Virus record (IMG/VR): IMGVR_UViG_3300042908_000680 | Coordinates: 85,499-149,498 of that record | Reading direction: 5' to 3' (one strand) | DNA length: 64,000 bases | Origin: a virus | Part shown: positions 60,213 to 64,000 of the stretch, one piece after another | How positions within the stretch are numbered: the first letter of the stretch is position 1 | Layout: each line of letters opens with the position of its first letter | Translations under genes and position numbers: made by a program | The notes under the pieces: generated by a model | Seen by the model: the letters and a program-made list of their open reading frames with translations, nothing else | Told to the model about the DNA's origin: nothing | Databases searched by the model: none

Positions 60213-61541
60213 TTATGTAGTTGTTGTATCAACGATGTAGTTTTTGGCAGTTGCTATACTAGTATTATGTGTGCTAATACCCGGATTCCCATATACATAA
60301 ATAGTTTTTGATGTTGCCGCCGTTGGTAAAAGATTGTAAATATTATTTAACTGTGCCGCTGAAAATTGACAATTTTTGAATGAAAAATTGCCATATGAAT
60401 TGTTAAAATTTATTTGAGAAAGATTTGTACATCCATCTAAAACAAATGTACCGGGTGATATAATTGATGGAGAAAAAGTAATTGATTGTAGCGTTGTTGA
60501 ATTTGTTAAGTTTAAATTATTGATTTTATTATTGCTAAAATTTAAAGATGTTATTTTTGCACCCTCAAATGCTAACCAACTTAAGTTAATGTTACTAGAT
60601 AAATCTATAGATGACAGATTGGTATTACCAATAAATAAACTTGATAAATTAGTACAATTTTTAAGATTTAATTTTGATAATGATGCGTTGTAAGTAAGAT
60701 ATACTGTTGTAAGACCAGAGGCGTTAGAAAAGTCTACCCATTGTAAATTATCATTTCCATTCATGTTACAATATGTGACGGTTGGAATTTTTATCCACTC
60801 TAAATTTGATACCACATTTCCATTTATTTGTATTCCACTGACATTATTTTTTAGATGAATATATTTTACTGTATCATTACTATCAATTGATATACCTGTC
60901 AAAGATGTCATTTCTTCAAAGTTAATCTCAAAATTTTTAGAACTAGCACTACTGGAAAAGTTTATTATGTTACCAGATTGAGCAGCATTACCAGATGAGC
61001 AACTCCAATAGTATAATTCTTTTATTGAATTTTTAGCATATATTCCAGTATTTGAAGAATTAAGTGCAATTGAAGCTGTTATAGAACTGCTTGGATTTCC
61101 ATTTCCAAAAACTCTAACATCACCACTTGGTGTTTGTACAGCTAAATACCCAGTTGATGTATTAAATGTTGCTGAGTGTGATGATGAACTACTATTGCTT
61201 TTTATTCTCATCATCCCACTAGGTATACATAATGGACTTGGATATATTGGGCCAGTGTATACTGGATATCCACCTTGAGTATATCCATCTCCTATATATA
61301 GATTAGATTTATTTGTAGAAAATACTGGTTCACCAAGAGAAGGAATAACTGATAATAATTCAGATTCAAGTCCCTGTCTAAGTTGTAATGCCGCTGGCTG
61401 GCTTAATAAAGAATTTCTTAGTAAACTTGCAGATATTCTTTTTGTTACAGCATTGCCGCTTGGATCATCTAATATCAGCAATAAATCATCATCAGTAACA
61501 GATGATCCAGATGGTAATTGATTGATTCTTATTATACCCAT
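60213..61541 (-). CDS. Tail-fibre-like protein: same N-terminal anchor + leucine-rich repeats (cassette 1)
   Basis: RINQLP..DDDLLLILD..TKRIS; LQLRQG..GEPVFSTNKSNLYIGDG..GG; LRRs LSKLNLKNCTNLSSLFIGNTNLSSIDLSSNINLSWL. Confidence 0.75.
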   Translation of the reverse strand: MGIIRINQLPSGSSVTDDDLLLILDDPSGNAVTKRISASLLRNSLLSQPAALQLRQGLESELLSVIPSLGEPVFSTNKSNLYIGDGYTQGGYPVYTGPIYPSPLCIPSGMMRIKSNSSSSSHSATFNTSTGYLAVQTPSGDVRVFGNGNPSSSITASIALNSSNTGIYAKNSIKELYYWSCSSGNAAQSGNIINFSSSASSKNFEINFEEMTSLTGISIDSNDTVKYIHLKNNVSGIQINGNVVSNLEWIKIPTVTYCNMNGNDNLQWVDFSNASGLTTVYLTYNASLSKLNLKNCTNLSSLFIGNTNLSSIDLSSNINLSWLAFEGAKITSLNFSNNKINNLNLTNSTTLQSITFSPSIISPGTFVLDGCTNLSQINFNNSYGNFSFKNCQFSAAQLNNIYNLLPTAATSKTIYVYGNPGISTHNTSIATAKNYIVDTTTT

Positions 61542-61542
61542 A

Positions 61543-61791
61543 TTAAACTCCTAATATACCAGAAGCACCAGTTGTATAATAAGTAACATTATCAAATCTA
61601 TTAGTTAATCTACTAGCATTAGCGGTATACGAATAAGACTTTTCATATTCAAAAGGGCTAATTAAAGCTTGATAGTTACCACTACCACTAATAGGTCTTC
61701 CAAACCAACAATATACAACGGCTGAACCATTTTGAATTGTTTCTCTACCAGAAACCACATTGGTAATTACATCGGTTGTTGAGATTGGCAT
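61543..61791 (-). CDS. Small hypothetical (possibly virion) protein
   Basis: 82 aa with a GGGG RBS; SG-rich. Confidence 0.55.
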   Translation of the reverse strand: MPISTTDVITNVVSGRETIQNGSAVVYCWFGRPISGSGNYQALISPFEYEKSYSYTANASRLTNRFDNVTYYTTGASGILGV

Positions 61792-61807
61792 TTTTTACCC
61801 CTTGTTG

Positions 61808-62728
61808 TTAAAATTGATCTTTTAATGTCCAAACTACTTTTCTTGGAGGAAAACCGTCTACATCACTAAATACCCAAGAGCCATTTTGTGCCAACATTTC
61901 TGCTGCATCTCGCTCTCTTATCCAGAAACTTCCATCTGGTTGATCTAAACGCTTCTCGCCATTATTCCAAACTCCCCAAGAGTTTTGGACTAAGAATAGT
62001 GTTTCATTATAAATTTCATGAGTATCATCCATCCCAATCCAAGCCATCGCGTGACCCCATGATCCAGATCGGGCGGCAATACCATTCTTATCTCTTCTAG
62101 AACTAAATCCAGAATTACTGCATACACTAATAGAATAACCATTGGCTATTGCATCTCTGGCTTGATCTATTGTGTTAATTAAGCTGATGGTCTTAACTTG
62201 ATGTTTCTTCGCCGCCTTTACTAATTCTTCTGGAACACCAGTTCTGCCCCACTTACCACCAATAGCACTATATGTTGAAAGATCATAATCTCCGTACTTT
62301 TGACGAAGTAATATTCCTCCATTTTGGTGGACGAATTTAGCAGCACCACCACAAGTCATACCTTCACCGCCGTGTCCGCGTGAACCATAAATACCTTCAG
62401 TAGCACCACGGGCCACAAACTCTTCTCGTTGCCCATTTATAATTTCACAACTGCGTGTAATATCTACGCTATTTCGCGTTGCATGTGAAACACAATCTCC
62501 TTGGACTTGCCTTTCTGATGGACCAAAAGAGGGATCAAACTTCAAGAGAGACTTAAACGGTAGGGATAGTTTTCCTTTTCCAGTACCATATAAATCATGT
62601 GCTGCCACACCGAATAGTGGATGTGGCAGTTCTCCTAAGAGCTTGTCCAACTCTTTTGGGTCACAGTATGATCCTACAAAGCCATCTTTATAGGCTTTTA
62701 ATAAATCTTTCGGTGTCTTGAACATCAC
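61808..62728 (-). CDS. Papain-family (C1-like) cysteine peptidase
   Basis: QVQGDCVSHA (oxyanion Q and catalytic C), WGHAMA (H), QNSWG (N), GSFWI. Confidence 0.88.
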   Translation of the reverse strand: MMFKTPKDLLKAYKDGFVGSYCDPKELDKLLGELPHPLFGVAAHDLYGTGKGKLSLPFKSLLKFDPSFGPSERQVQGDCVSHATRNSVDITRSCEIINGQREEFVARGATEGIYGSRGHGGEGMTCGGAAKFVHQNGGILLRQKYGDYDLSTYSAIGGKWGRTGVPEELVKAAKKHQVKTISLINTIDQARDAIANGYSISVCSNSGFSSRRDKNGIAARSGSWGHAMAWIGMDDTHEIYNETLFLVQNSWGVWNNGEKRLDQPDGSFWIRERDAAEMLAQNGSWVFSDVDGFPPRKVVWTLKDQF

Positions 62729-62946
62729 TTTGAGTTATCCTTTGCCCACTTAACTATTGTGTTAATTAATACCACTGTAACAGGCACAATTAGTGCTGTC
62801 ATGCTACCAAGATCAAGCTTAGTTAGATTTTCGCCAATATATGTTAATAGTGCGGCTAAACCAACTAATGCTGCGTTCTTACCAACTGAAATAAGATCAG
62901 TTGTATTTAATGAGAATGCTTTGGAACCTACTTTTAGATCTAACAT
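62725..62946 (-). CDS. Holin-like small two-TM membrane protein
   Basis: 73 aa; hydrophobic segments AALVGLAALLTYI and TALIVPVTVVLINTIV; basic C-tail KWAKDNSK. Confidence 0.6.
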   Translation of the reverse strand: MLDLKVGSKAFSLNTTDLISVGKNAALVGLAALLTYIGENLTKLDLGSMTALIVPVTVVLINTIVKWAKDNSK

Positions 62947-62947
62947 C

Positions 62948-63541
62948 TTATATCTCCTTGAGTTGAGAAATGCTTATTAAAAATCCACCATGCTCCTTGT
63001 CATTTATCCTATATGGAAATCCCATCATTTTGACTATCTTATCATCTACTGTTTGTACTGTTTTGACTAATTTTCTATTCATTTTTAAGCAAGATTTCAA
63101 TTCATCAAAAAGATCTTCTCTATCTTCTTCTTTTACATAATTGAGCCAATCATAACCCTCTACACTATTAACAACATCTTGTGTTAATTCATAAAAATTA
63201 TTGTTGGTCCAAGTTAGTCTACCATGATCGTCTGTTTCAAATAATGCTGCATCATTATAATGAAGTGCAGCTTTTGTTCTTTGTTCTATAACTTTTTGTC
63301 TTTTTTCCATTCTATTAACGGTGGATCTTAAATCTACAATAGCATCTTTTAAACTATTTCCACCATTAGTTGTTAGTTCTTTTTTGATTGTTTCTAATGA
63401 TCTGCCAACTTCTTCTTGACCTTTAACAAATTTAATTGCTGGTCTTATTACCTTAACCCACATTAAGCTAAAAAATGTGCCTAGACCACCTATAATACTA
63501 AATATAAAGGTGATATGTTCTGGACTTTTTATGTCTAGCAT
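62948..63541 (-). CDS. Membrane protein: TM + NGGxSLKD coiled coil + PAS domain
   Basis: TM ITFIFSIIGGLGTFFSLMWV; ELTTNGGNSLKDAI; PAS signature LFETDDHGRLTWTN..F..LT....EGYDWLNYVKEEDRE. The start is at 63541 or 63553. Confidence 0.75.
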   Translation of the reverse strand: MLDIKSPEHITFIFSIIGGLGTFFSLMWVKVIRPAIKFVKGQEEVGRSLETIKKELTTNGGNSLKDAIVDLRSTVNRMEKRQKVIEQRTKAALHYNDAALFETDDHGRLTWTNNNFYELTQDVVNSVEGYDWLNYVKEEDREDLFDELKSCLKMNRKLVKTVQTVDDKIVKMMGFPYRINDKEHGGFLISISQLKEI

Positions 63542-63559
63542 AATTGCCCCCATAGGAAA

Positions 63560-63599
63560 AAGGAGAATAAAGTGCCTTAAGATTTCTCAAAAGGCACTT
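63560..63599 (-). terminator. Putative intrinsic terminator/hairpin
   Basis: 9-bp inverted repeat AAGTGCCTT (63570-63578)/AAGGCACTT (63591-63599), followed on the minus strand by TATTCTCCTTTT. Confidence 0.55.
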
Positions 63600-63614
63600 A
63601 TATCCTACTAATTA

Positions 63615-64000
63615 TTAAAGATTAATGCCAGATTCTGCTGCATCCTTGGCCTTGTAGGCAACATTACGAGTTGGTAAAGCTGCTCCAAATCTGTATGTAA
63701 GTTCACCGGGAACTGCTCTATTAGTACTTGCAGCATCATCAATAGCTGGGAAGTTACCGCTGGTAGCTCTATAAGTTATAGCAGTGCCAGCACCAGTACC
63801 TCTAGTGAGGCCGGGGAAATTACCACTAGATGGAGTTGCAAGAACATTGAATGCTCTTGTAGCATATGAACCAAACTGAGTAGTCTTTAGATTCTTATTA
63901 ATAACAGCTTCTGTAGCACCGCCGGGAACATTTAGAAGCGTAGTAGCAGAACCATTGATACTGGAAGCATTGTCTCCAGCACCAATCATTAGGAAATTAG
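63615..64000 (-). CDS. Hypothetical (probably virion) protein, 5' end outside the window
   Basis: The frame is open to the window edge; A/G/T-rich with a C-terminal RAVPGELTY motif. Confidence 0.55.
   Translation of the reverse strand, partial: NFLMIGAGDNASSINGSATTLLNVPGGATEAVINKNLKTTQFGSYATRAFNVLATPSSGNFPGLTRGTGAGTAITYRATSGNFPAIDDAASTNRAVPGELTYRFGAALPTRNVAYKAKDAAESGINL

Larger units (their letters stand above)
58988..61556. repeat. 21-bp exact direct repeat (58988-59008 and 61536-61556) marking the fibre/protease cassette boundaries
   Basis: ACCCATATTAAACTCCTAATA occurs twice; on the minus strand this is TATTAGGAGTTTAATATGGGT (stop + AGGAG RBS + ATG). Confidence 0.9.

Noticed and set aside
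57689-61541. Diversity-generating retroelement, suggested by the Mtd-like N-terminal domains
   Set aside because: I saw no reverse transcriptase, no TR/VR pair differing at adenines and no C-type-lectin C-terminus in this window.
3940-62980. Many short antisense or out-of-frame ORFs in the track (e.g. 4530-4796, 28867-29328, 44996-45442, 50915-51295)
   Set aside because: They lie essentially within well-supported genes and show no recognisable motifs; they are treated as shadow ORFs.
1-64000. Stop-codon reassignment
   Set aside because: Code 11 gives near-complete coding density with full-length conserved enzymes, and TAA, TGA and TAG all end genes at expected positions.
1-64000. tRNA, rRNA or structured ncRNA genes
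   Set aside because: Intergenic gaps are all under ~90 bp and are explained by promoters, RBSs or terminators; no cloverleaf was recognised by eye.

Overview
This is a 64-kb, AT-rich, gene-dense segment of a large tailed dsDNA bacteriophage, read in the standard code 11. I found no tRNA, rRNA, CRISPR array or integrase. Positions 1-21540 (+ strand) carry six large putative virion/tail genes, led by a >3,500-aa FG-GAP-repeat protein that starts before the window. A GC-rich intrinsic terminator at ~21.55 kb separates these from one long minus-strand region. Read in transcription order (from 64 kb downwards), that region holds: (i) a putative lysis/envelope module with a TM-PAS protein, a holin-like protein, a papain-family peptidase, a lipoprotein and TM proteins, interrupted by two tandem [fibre-like protein + trypsin-like protease] cassettes marked by a 21-bp junction repeat; (ii) nucleotide metabolism genes (nrdA, HNH-AP2 endonuclease, nrdB, dut, phoH); (iii) replication and recombination genes (recA, dnaB, primase, dNMP kinase, Cas4/RecB-like nuclease, ssb, and a DnaE split into two genes around a DEDDh exonuclease and a decayed HNH); (iv) a ~10.7-kb glycosylation cluster (3 GT4, GT-A, GT-D/DUF1792, WecB, 2 FkbM methyltransferases, a nucleotidyltransferase-like protein and several degenerate enzyme folds). 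The main candidates for new biology are the PAS-sensor/protease-based lysis module, the fibre-protease cassette array, the intein-free split DnaE, and a possible virion protein O-glycosylation system. All functional calls come from motif recognition by eye; no database searches were run.
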